A stretch of DNA of 64,000 bases from Candidatus Woesearchaeota archaeon (GCA_964366415.1 CAYITG010000001.1:11649-75648); one strand, 5' to 3'; numbered from the stretch's first letter, positions 8,391-16,045 are shown. Made by a program: numbers and translations. The notes: generated by a model from the letters alone, not told the origin.

Positions 8391-9596
8391 ATGAAGAAAC
8401 AATCTTCCACTGTGGTGAATAATACTTGGCATGTTCTATGGGACATTAAGTATCGGAACTTCTTCATCGGATCTTTTATCCTCTTCTTGCTTCTTTTTTC
8501 TTATCTTTATGGCTTATGGAAAATTCCCTTCATTGATTTTGGCATTCATCGCATGACTGATGTGACTGCATGGGATTATCTTTACCTTGCGTTTGTATCT
8601 CTCTTGTTATCTATTCTTCTTACTCTAGGCAAATATGAAAAAATAACGCGCATGCACAGCGAATCAAAATATCTCGGTAAAGGCAGTGGTATTTTTGCTG
8701 GCTTGGTTGCGGCTACCTGCCCGGTGTGCCAAGGTATTGTTTTTGCTGCTCTTGGATCAACCATCCTTACAATTCCTTTAGGATTGATTACCCCTTACAT
8801 TAATTTCTTCAAAGTTGCAAGCGCTGCGTTGCTTGCTTTGGCAGTATTTTTTAGAGCAGATAGCATCTATACGAAAACATGCCCTACTCTTCCCTTTGGA
8901 AAGAAAAACAAAAAACAATCTTCCTCTTCTTTATTTGAATCAAACTTCACTTTTACTCTTGTTGTGATTCTTATTGCATTTATTGTTCTTAATCAGTTTC
9001 TCATTCCACGTGCGTATGCGTTGACGATGCTGGGCAGTGGAAAAAGCGGCATGATTGGTGCTTTTGCATATGGTCCTAAAATTACGTTGAAACCTATGCC
9101 TCTTGCAACAGGAGAACAACCTGCCATTGCAGGATACAAAGCAAAAATAAAAGAAATTCCCACGATTAGCGAACTTGTCATGACGCCATCTACGGGAGAT
9201 GCAGTTCAGGATCTTGTCAATAATGTTGTTCCTCATGGAACGCCTTGGTATGGAACAGAAGCAGGCGTTAGTTTTGATGATCCTATTGCAGCACAGAAAT
9301 TGTGGGGTAATGGAGAGGGCATTCAACTTGATACTGCAAAAATGGAACGTTATAATAGAATTGTGAATTCATTTACCTGTGATTACTGTTGTGGAAGTCC
9401 GCAACAACCAACAATCATTACACGTTGCGGTTGCGCTCATGCTATTGCTGCACGCGGCATGGCAAAATGGTTTATTGAGAACTATGGCGATACTTATTCA
9501 GATGAAGAAATCTATGGTGAAATGGCACGATGGTATGCCTTATGGTATCCGCAAGGAACTATTAAGCGTATTATTCAAGAATCAGGAACAGGATAA
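8391..9596 (+). CDS. Polytopic membrane protein with intramembrane CPVC and a C-terminal Cys-cluster domain
   Basis: 401 aa with about 5 TM helices. One helix carries ATCPVCQG. The soluble C-terminal domain carries CDYCCGSPQQPTIITRCGCAHA. A TATA (tttatata, 8361-8368) lies 23 nt upstream of the ATG. Confidence 0.6.
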   Translation: MKKQSSTVVNNTWHVLWDIKYRNFFIGSFILFLLLFSYLYGLWKIPFIDFGIHRMTDVTAWDYLYLAFVSLLLSILLTLGKYEKITRMHSESKYLGKGSGIFAGLVAATCPVCQGIVFAALGSTILTIPLGLITPYINFFKVASAALLALAVFFRADSIYTKTCPTLPFGKKNKKQSSSSLFESNFTFTLVVILIAFIVLNQFLIPRAYALTMLGSGKSGMIGAFAYGPKITLKPMPLATGEQPAIAGYKAKIKEIPTISELVMTPSTGDAVQDLVNNVVPHGTPWYGTEAGVSFDDPIAAQKLWGNGEGIQLDTAKMERYNRIVNSFTCDYCCGSPQQPTIITRCGCAHAIAARGMAKWFIENYGDTYSDEEIYGEMARWYALWYPQGTIKRIIQESGTG

Positions 9597-9615
9597 ATTA
9601 AAGGAGGACATTACA

Positions 9616-9759
9616 ATGATGCATGACATGGGAATGATGGGTATGAGTTATGGCATGGGAATCTTTGGAGGACTTATCCAGATTTTAGTTATTGTCGTTT
9701 TGATTCTTTTAGCTATTTATCTTTACAAAAAAATTACTGAGAAAACTAGGAGGTCATAA
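9616..9759 (+). CDS. Met/Gly-rich small membrane protein (47 aa)
   Basis: Internal ATG of ORF 9379-9759, preceded by a strong SD (AAGGAGGA, 9601-9608). The product is MMHDMGMMGMSYGMGIFGG plus one TM helix and a basic tail. Confidence 0.5.
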   Translation: MMHDMGMMGMSYGMGIFGGLIQILVIVVLILLAIYLYKKITEKTRRS

Positions 9760-9762
9760 ACA

Positions 9763-9972
9763 ATGGAACGCAAAGAATTATTGGTTTTAGTGTTGATTGG
9801 AGTCTTATTAGTTACTGTTGCTGTTCAAACTGTGCAACTCGTTACTTTAAGCAATACTCCTGTTGTTGCAACACCAACAAGCACCGGAGGCAGTAGTGTA
9901 CGCACACCTGTCGCTGCTGGCGGAGCTGGATCAAGCTTAGAAGACTTGCCATCTATGGTTGGCGGATGTTGA
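9763..9972 (+). CDS. Small signal-anchored/secreted protein ending in GGC
   Basis: 69 aa. An SD (AGGAGG) precedes the ATG. An N-terminal hydrophobic helix is followed by a Thr/Ser/Gly/Pro/Ala-rich tail ending ...LPSMVGGC. Confidence 0.5.
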   Translation: MERKELLVLVLIGVLLVTVAVQTVQLVTLSNTPVVATPTSTGGSSVRTPVAAGGAGSSLEDLPSMVGGC

Positions 9973-9986
9973 GAGGATAGATTATC

Positions 9987-11141
9987 ATGAAGAACAACAC
10001 AGAGACTTTTCTCTCTCTTTTTATTCTTGTAGCGGTCGTTTTATCAGTTGTTAACGTTGTTGTTATCGCTGGACGCTTTGGGAAAGTGGGCGAAGCACAG
10101 GCATTGGCAAAAGAAATTATGCGACCTGCTGACATCCAAGTCATTCGTGTTGTTCATCCTTCATGTACCACTTGTTATGACTCTACACTTCTTCTTGATA
10201 GTCTTAAAGCTTTGAATGTGAATGTTACTGAAGATAGCACTGTGTTTTTTGATAGCCCAGAAGGACAATCTCTCATTGATACTTATGGTCTTACATCTTT
10301 ACCTGCTCTTGTTGTGAGCGGAGAAGTCAATAAAAGTGAACAATTATCCTCTTTTTTTACTAAGAATGGTTATTTATCTGCCGATCTTAAACATGGTTTA
10401 TATTCAAATACTCCTGCACCTTTTTATGATCTTGAGAAACAAAAAACTGTTGGAGCTGTTTCAATAAATTTCATCACCGATTCAGCTTGCAAAGAATGCC
10501 GACCTCTTGATACCATGGGGCAAGCATTACAACAAGCTGGCGTTGGTATTACTGCTGTCAATTCCTATACATACTCTTCCCCAGAAGGAAAGGAACTCAT
10601 TCAGAAGCATGGTATTGGACGCGTACCTGCCGTTGTCATTTCTCAAGACATTGAAGCATATCCTCAAGTTGTCCAACAACTTCTCCAATCTGGTGTTACT
10701 TTAAAGAATGGCGCCTATGTGATGCTTACTCCAGGAGCGCCTTATCATGACATTAAAACTGATGCTGTTGTTGGCCGTGTCACTCTTGTCATGCTCAAAG
10801 ATGAAACATGTACAACTTGTTATGATGTTGCTATTAACAGACAAATCTTGGAGCGCTTTGGCATGAGTGTCACTGCACAAGAGACTTATGATATTAAAAC
10901 TACAAGCGCAAAAGCTTTGATTGAGAAGTATAAAGTTACCAAAGTTCCAACCATCATTGTCTCTCCCGATGCACAGCATTATCCTTCTTTTGTTGGCGTT
11001 TGGAAGAGTGTTGGCACTGTAGAATCAGATGGATGGTATATCATGCGCAAGCCAGATGTTTTGGGCACATATACTGATCTTTCGACAGGAAAAATCATCA
11101 GTCCACAAGAGAAAACCCAACCAACTGCACCTGCTGAATAA
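9987..11141 (+). CDS. Membrane-anchored protein with three tandem thioredoxin/glutaredoxin-like CxxC domains
   Basis: 384 aa. It has three internal repeats of about 105 aa, each with a CxxC (CTTC, CKEC, CTTC) and a conserved downstream ...G(L/I)..(L/V)PA(L/V)V(V/I)S / KVPTIIVS segment. Confidence 0.7.
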   Translation: MKNNTETFLSLFILVAVVLSVVNVVVIAGRFGKVGEAQALAKEIMRPADIQVIRVVHPSCTTCYDSTLLLDSLKALNVNVTEDSTVFFDSPEGQSLIDTYGLTSLPALVVSGEVNKSEQLSSFFTKNGYLSADLKHGLYSNTPAPFYDLEKQKTVGAVSINFITDSACKECRPLDTMGQALQQAGVGITAVNSYTYSSPEGKELIQKHGIGRVPAVVISQDIEAYPQVVQQLLQSGVTLKNGAYVMLTPGAPYHDIKTDAVVGRVTLVMLKDETCTTCYDVAINRQILERFGMSVTAQETYDIKTTSAKALIEKYKVTKVPTIIVSPDAQHYPSFVGVWKSVGTVESDGWYIMRKPDVLGTYTDLSTGKIISPQEKTQPTAPAE

Positions 11142-11142
11142 A

Positions 11143-11595
11143 ATGGAACAACGCACAAAATATATTATTCTTATTCTTTTTTTTGCTTTTTTGACAGGAA
11201 TTTTCCTTTGGTATCGAGGACAGCAACCTGTTCAAGAAGAATATCAGTTCCCTTCTCCAGAAGACGTTGTGCGTCTTTATTTTACTGCATGGAATGAACA
11301 ACGCTATGCAGACATGTATTCGACGATTGCAGATGATTTTAAACGAAACGAATCAACTGCCAATAATTTGACTGTTTTTCGCAGTTATATAGAACAACAG
11401 CAGATCACTCGTGTAGCTCTTGTTTCTGTTCAACAGATATCTCATGATGGTGTAACTGCACAAGTTATGTATGATGTGCGCTTTACTCAAGAGGATACAA
11501 TTCTGCCTCTTCAAGGAACTTTTGTGTTAGGCAACAAACAAGCAGACATTATTCTGGGATGGAAAATACTTCAACCTTATGGGGGCAGTTCATGA
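11143..11595 (+). CDS. Membrane-anchored NTF2-like/SnoaL-like domain protein
   Basis: Internal ATG immediately after the previous stop. It has one TM helix, then VVRLYFTAWNEQRYADMYSTIADDF, which is typical of NTF2-like folds. Confidence 0.5.
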   Translation: MEQRTKYIILILFFAFLTGIFLWYRGQQPVQEEYQFPSPEDVVRLYFTAWNEQRYADMYSTIADDFKRNESTANNLTVFRSYIEQQQITRVALVSVQQISHDGVTAQVMYDVRFTQEDTILPLQGTFVLGNKQADIILGWKILQPYGGSS

Positions 11596-12305
11596 AGAAA
11601 CAGCAATCCTCTTCACGCTTACGAAACCTGATTCTTATCGCAGCTGTTCTTGGCATATTAGCGATTGCTTTTGCTTTCCTCACCAGCATGAAAACTTCTG
11701 CGCAAGCTTCTCAACGTGTTTCTTTACCTTTTACTGCTTTTGATAAACAGAAAGCTATGGAACTTTTAGATACTAACGCTGATGGAAAAGCTGACTGTTG
11801 CGAATCTTCTTTGGAAGACTTTGTCTCTCAGGAAGATTTGATTGAAATTCCTTTGCCAAATGGACAGAAGATGGGGCCCTTGGATAAGACAAAGAAAGCG
11901 TATCATGCGCATGCTGATTTGAACATTTATCTTGATGGAAAGAAAATTGATCTCAACCAGCCTCGTTATTTTGTTAAGAGTGCGTTTATTCATGTTGAAC
12001 TTGATTCAAAACCCGGAACAGGAGATGTTGTTCATATTCATGCTCCAGGTGTTCCTTTATGGTGGCTTTTAGAAAGTTTGGGCATTACTTTTACTGAGGA
12101 TTGCCTTACTATGGATACTGGCGAATCATTTTGTTCACAGCCTTTACGACTCTTTGCTCTTGATGAAATAGATAATTTAAGAAATTATGTTCTTCAAGAT
12201 CAGGATAGACTTCTTCTTACCAATGCTCGCGATGAACGAGAAGTAGCACGACAGTTGTCTTCTCGCACCAGCTATACTGCATATTATGAAGGGAATGATG
12301 TATGA
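11592..12305 (+). CDS. Membrane-anchored His-rich extracytoplasmic protein (paralogue of 6372-6938)
   Basis: Start chosen at MKKQQSS, 4 nt overlapping the upstream stop. It has one TM helix and AYHAHADLNIYLDGKK...VVHIHAPGVPL, which can be aligned by eye with the 6372-6938 product. Confidence 0.55.
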   Translation: MKKQQSSSRLRNLILIAAVLGILAIAFAFLTSMKTSAQASQRVSLPFTAFDKQKAMELLDTNADGKADCCESSLEDFVSQEDLIEIPLPNGQKMGPLDKTKKAYHAHADLNIYLDGKKIDLNQPRYFVKSAFIHVELDSKPGTGDVVHIHAPGVPLWWLLESLGITFTEDCLTMDTGESFCSQPLRLFALDEIDNLRNYVLQDQDRLLLTNARDEREVARQLSSRTSYTAYYEGNDV

Positions 12306-13258
12306 AAATATCTTATCTTCTTTTTTTCATTGCACTCCTTATTGTAGGATGCACCACTCCTTCTTCATTAAAGGACTTTGAATCTCTTTGCACGGAAAAT
12401 AATCATATGTGGATGCGCATGAATCCGATAGAGAATGGTGTGGAAACATCTTCTGAAGCATGCTGGGGATGCATGTATGATGAGAATAATCATCTTTGCG
12501 ATCAATCTATATATGAACAGATCCTTTCTGAACATGAGGATGATGATCATGCTATGAATCACATGGATCAAGCCATGACTGCACATGCCAGAATGCAAAA
12601 GAGCGTAGATGTACATTCTACTCGCGTTACCTTTGATCACTCTTCTTTAACAACTGGAGAAGAAACTCAACTTTCTTTTTCTCTTGAAGATCTTTCTTCA
12701 GGCAAGAAGATTACTGATTTAGAGATTATGCATGACAAACCTATGCATGTTATTCTTGTGCGTGATGATTTACAACATTTTGGCCATATTCATCCTGTTC
12801 TAGAGAATGGACGATGGATTGTGCCTTATACTTTCCTTGCTGGTGGCAAGTATCGTGTTTGGGTGGATTTCATGAGCGAGGGTATGATGCACCTTGTTGA
12901 TTTTGATGTTGATGTTGAAGGCGATGATGCGGAAGAACAAGAACATTTGCAAGGATTACAGATTGAAATGAAACGTCAAGGTACTCAATTTTCTTTCCTT
13001 GTTTACGATGAGAAAAAGAATCCTGTTGCCCTTACCGAACCCTTCTTAGGCGCTGCTGCTCATTTTGTGACTATTGATTCCACCTTGCAGGATTTCGGAC
13101 ATACGCATGATGAACAGGTTGACAGCGATCATGTTCTTACCTTTATGCCTTCTTTTATGATGCCTGGGGAATATCGCGGATGGGTTCAGTTTGTTTATCA
13201 CAACGAAGAACGAACAGCACCTTTTTCTTTTTCTGTGGAGAACACTCATGACGAATGA
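12302..13258 (+). CDS. Putative lipoprotein with a His/Met/Asp-rich segment and two tandem Ig-like HxxxxxxxFGHxH modules (putative metal binding)
   Basis: 318 aa with a lipobox-like LLIVGC. It contains HEDDDHAMNHMDQAMTAHARMQ. Two repeated modules are present: MHVILVRDDLQHFGHIHPV...GKYRVWVDF and AHFVTIDSTLQDFGHTHDE...GEYRGWVQF. Confidence 0.6.
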   Translation: MKISYLLFFIALLIVGCTTPSSLKDFESLCTENNHMWMRMNPIENGVETSSEACWGCMYDENNHLCDQSIYEQILSEHEDDDHAMNHMDQAMTAHARMQKSVDVHSTRVTFDHSSLTTGEETQLSFSLEDLSSGKKITDLEIMHDKPMHVILVRDDLQHFGHIHPVLENGRWIVPYTFLAGGKYRVWVDFMSEGMMHLVDFDVDVEGDDAEEQEHLQGLQIEMKRQGTQFSFLVYDEKKNPVALTEPFLGAAAHFVTIDSTLQDFGHTHDEQVDSDHVLTFMPSFMMPGEYRGWVQFVYHNEERTAPFSFSVENTHDE

Positions 13259-13550
13259 TGAAATTAGCGTTGATGAACTGAAACGTTCTTTCAAGAAGGT
13301 TATGCTCTTGGATGTGCGTGAACCAGAAGAATATGCTCAAGGTGCTTTAGAAGGAGCCATTCTTAAGCCGTTAGGCTCGTTACTGCGCGATGTTGGCAAA
13401 GGCATTTTTGTTCTTCCCAAAGATAAAGATGTTGTTGTGTATTGTGCTGCAGGAGTTCGAGGCAAAGTTGCGACGGATTTTCTGAGAACGAAAGGCGTGA
13501 AAGCAAGAAATTTGTTAGGCGGTTATTATGCCTGGAAAGGACAATATTAA
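13248..13550 (+). CDS. Single-domain rhodanese (sulfurtransferase)
   Basis: 100 aa with LLDVREPEEYAQG and the active-site loop VVYCAAGVRG. The internal ATG overlaps the previous gene's stop. Confidence 0.8.
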   Translation: MTNDEISVDELKRSFKKVMLLDVREPEEYAQGALEGAILKPLGSLLRDVGKGIFVLPKDKDVVVYCAAGVRGKVATDFLRTKGVKARNLLGGYYAWKGQY

Positions 13551-13768
13551 TCTTCTTCTTTGTCTTCTTCCTTCACTAAATGAATTAAAGTTCCTAATGC
13601 TATCCATATTGCTATGAAAATAAATGTTGTGCTCTTGTCTACCAAATCATTTCCCGTTATTCCTGAAAAAACTACTTTGTCTTTGAGAATCCAACCTGTT
13701 ACTGTTCCGATTACTCCGAGGAGTCCTATCAACATTGTTCCCGTATGAAGGACAGAAGACCATTTCAT
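13547..13768 (-). CDS. Small two-TM membrane protein
   Basis: 73 aa with two hydrophobic helices and an acidic C-terminus. It overlaps the upstream gene by 4 nt. Confidence 0.45.
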   Translation of the reverse strand: MKWSSVLHTGTMLIGLLGVIGTVTGWILKDKVVFSGITGNDLVDKSTTFIFIAIWIALGTLIHLVKEEDKEED

Positions 13769-14289
13769 CGTTCAACGCCTTTCTTCGCAAATCCACTTTT
13801 TTGAAGATCACGATACATAATACTTCGCGTTAAATTTTCAATGCGGGACATGTCCACACTTGTATATAACACATTTGCGACTGTAGGAGCTTCTTTGGGA
13901 GGCATGATCATCTGTGGATGCCAAGGCTCTTCTTTTTTTATAGGTATTGATTGTTGCTCCACTTTTAGTGGTTCTACAACTGCTTGCACTTGCAGTATTT
14001 CTTGTTGAGGTTCCTCTTGTATAAACTCTTTTATTTCACTTACTGTTCCTGGTTGTGACACTTGTGGTGCTTGTTCTTGGGGTATGATTTGCTCCACTGA
14101 TTGTTGTACTACTTGCACTGCTGGTTGAGGTGGTGGGATGGCCTGCACAGGAGTAGGTTGTGATACTGCTACTGGCGCCTGTGGTTGTTGAGAAATTTGT
14201 GTCAAACGTGCCTGTTTTTCTTGCAACTCTTTTTCCTTTTGTTGTTGCATCTTTAGAACTGTTTGAGGGCGTAATTCCCTCTTAGGCAT
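13765..14289 (-). CDS. Gln/Pro-rich low-complexity protein, unknown function
   Basis: 174 aa with a basic coiled N-terminus, a long Q/P/V-rich middle and a short conserved-looking C-terminus. A TATA-like element lies in 14380-14389 on the minus strand. Confidence 0.5.
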   Translation of the reverse strand: MPKRELRPQTVLKMQQQKEKELQEKQARLTQISQQPQAPVAVSQPTPVQAIPPPQPAVQVVQQSVEQIIPQEQAPQVSQPGTVSEIKEFIQEEPQQEILQVQAVVEPLKVEQQSIPIKKEEPWHPQMIMPPKEAPTVANVLYTSVDMSRIENLTRSIMYRDLQKSGFAKKGVER

Positions 14290-14389
14290 GGTTAATCTGA
14301 GAAGAACGTCTTCCTCTTTGGGATCAAATGCTGCATCAAATCCGATTGTTCCTCACCTCTAAGCGTTTGGAAAGAATTTATCCTTTATA

Positions 14390-14578
14390 TTACTTTTGCT
14401 TTCTTATTTCAACGTAATGACAGAGTCCGCAGTACAAGCGATCTTTATGCTGAGCAAGGAATGTTCCTTCACCACACTTCGGACATGATGGCGCCTTTTC
14501 TAATTTTCCACCACTTACTTTATACTTCGTCCATCGCTTTGATGGCACTTTATTTTTTGGCTTGGCTTTCTTGCCCAC
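14390..14578 (-). CDS. rps27ae: Ribosomal protein S27ae (eS31)
   Basis: 62 aa, basic, with a zinc ribbon CPKC...CGLC. Confidence 0.9.
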   Translation of the reverse strand: MGKKAKPKNKVPSKRWTKYKVSGGKLEKAPSCPKCGEGTFLAQHKDRLYCGLCHYVEIRKQK

Positions 14579-14867
14579 TTTGTTCCGCTCCTTCTTTCTT
14601 CTTTCGTTTCTTGATTTCTTCCATATCTTTCATTGCTTTTTCGTCATGATACAGATATGCTGTTACTAATGCACTATTGGATCCAAATTCTTGTTTCACA
14701 AACTTGATAGCAACTCTATTTTCTTCTCCTTTTAGGAATGCTGCCACGTCTTTTCTGATTTCATTTGTTGATGGTGTCGGTTTCTTTGGGTATTCCATAC
14801 GTAAGGTGTAATTCTTTCTTTTTAACAAAGGAAATTCTTTTTGCTCAACGATTGTTGTGGTTGCCAT
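14550..14867 (-). CDS. rps24e: Ribosomal protein S24e (eS24)
   Basis: 105 aa. FPLLKRKNYTLRMEYPKKPTPSTNEIRKDVAAFL...FGSNSALVTAYLY matches S24e, with an additional K/E-rich tail. Confidence 0.9.
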   Translation of the reverse strand: MATTTIVEQKEFPLLKRKNYTLRMEYPKKPTPSTNEIRKDVAAFLKGEENRVAIKFVKQEFGSNSALVTAYLYHDEKAMKDMEEIKKRKKKEGAEQSGQESQAKK

Positions 14868-14868
14868 T

Positions 14869-15051
14869 TTACTTTACTTTAATTGCGTATTCTCCTTTTA
14901 CCATAATGCTCATTTTTTGGGCAATTTCTGAACGTGCAGGATCGGAAATGTAAATGCGCCCTTTCCAATTTTCTGAAAATTGGTTTCCTTTACATATTGG
15001 ACAGACTGCACCTTCCACGAACAACTTGCACTTCTTACAAACCTTTTTCAT
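14869..15051 (-). CDS. spt4: Transcription elongation factor Spt4 (RpoE'')
   Basis: 60 aa with zinc ribbon CKKC...CPIC followed by W.GRIYISDP. It sits in the conserved position between rpoE' and rps24e. Confidence 0.85.
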   Translation of the reverse strand: MKKVCKKCKLFVEGAVCPICKGNQFSENWKGRIYISDPARSEIAQKMSIMVKGEYAIKVK

Positions 15052-15632
15052 TTCTTCTTCGTTTCCTTTTCTTCTTTCTTAGATTCTTTTTCTTTTTTCT
15101 TTTTATCTTCTTCTAACCATTCTTCTTTTCCTAGACCTGGCTGACGCATCGTCAATCCTATTTTTGGATTTGCCATGTCTTTGTAAGAGACTGCGATGAT
15201 GCGCGCTCGGCACATGTCACCTATCTTCAAGGTGCGCTTTGATTCTTTTCCTGTTAAGGAATTTGATTTTGAAAAACTGACATAATCATCCATGGCTTGT
15301 GAGATGTGCACCATACCATCCAAAGGACCAATGTTCACGAATGCTCCGAAGTCGCTAATCTCCATCACTTTTCCAGGAACGACTTCCTGTAATTCTGGTC
15401 GGAATGCAAGCACTTTGAATTGCGTGTCGTAATATGCGGCGCCATCACCAGGAATAATAATTCCTTCGCCAATTCTTACAATTTCTGTGACACCCATAAT
15501 GACTCCCAACAGTTTTGTAATCGTACCATCATATTTTTTATTCAATTCCTTTGTAATAGCTTCCTTAATATCTTCCTTAAAAAGAATTGGAGGAACACGA
15601 ACGTGACCCTTGACTTCGATTTCGTAAAACAT
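15048..15632 (-). CDS. rpoE: DNA-directed RNA polymerase subunit E' (Rpo7)
   Basis: 194 aa. It has an Rpb7-like N-terminal domain and an S1 domain (GKVMEISDFGAFVNIGPLDGMVHISQ), plus a K/E-rich C-terminal tail. Confidence 0.9.
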   Translation of the reverse strand: MFYEIEVKGHVRVPPILFKEDIKEAITKELNKKYDGTITKLLGVIMGVTEIVRIGEGIIIPGDGAAYYDTQFKVLAFRPELQEVVPGKVMEISDFGAFVNIGPLDGMVHISQAMDDYVSFSKSNSLTGKESKRTLKIGDMCRARIIAVSYKDMANPKIGLTMRQPGLGKEEWLEEDKKKKEKESKKEEKETKKK

Positions 15633-15641
15633 GGTTTCTAC

Positions 15642-16001
15642 CTAGACTCGCGCGAGATATCTCTTCTGGCGGATAACGATGATGCCCATTTTCCTCTTTT
15701 TAAGTTTTTCTTTTAATTTTTTGTCCTGTGTTGCTATGATTGTACCCGGGAGTGCGTGGTCTAAGATGAGATTATCCACGTTCTTATCTTGCGCAGTCGG
15801 GATGATTGCTATGTTCTGCTTTTTGATGTATTGCTGGGCTATTTTACCCATCTTTTTTCCTTCTAATTCTTGTAACGTTTTATCGATAATAGCGAGCGAA
15901 TAGGACGTATCCATAATGCGTGCCATTTCTCTCACGATATCGATTTTATATCCTAATGCTGTCAGCAAGATATTTGTATCCAGGATGATCATAGTAGTCA
16001 T
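15642..16001 (-). CDS. PIN-domain protein (Fcf1/VapC-like) upstream of rpoE'
   Basis: 119 aa with N-terminal IILDTNILL and downstream acidic residues. This is a conserved archaeal neighbour of rpoE'. Confidence 0.75.
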   Translation of the reverse strand: MTTMIILDTNILLTALGYKIDIVREMARIMDTSYSLAIIDKTLQELEGKKMGKIAQQYIKKQNIAIIPTAQDKNVDNLILDHALPGTIIATQDKKLKEKLKKRKMGIIVIRQKRYLARV

Positions 16002-16036
16002 TGTTTATAGCCTTTTAAAAGCCAAAGGAAGCAACA

Positions 16037-16045
16037 TTTATAAAT
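16037..16045 (+). promoter_or_regulatory. TATA box, leaderless-type spacing
   Basis: tttataaat ending 22 nt before the ATG at 16067. Confidence 0.55.

Noticed and set aside
15051-15125. Short 'ttcttt/ttcttc' periodic DNA that looks like a tandem repeat
   Set aside because: It is the coding sequence (minus strand) of the Lys/Glu-rich Rpo7 tail. It is imperfect low-complexity sequence, not a spacer-repeat array.
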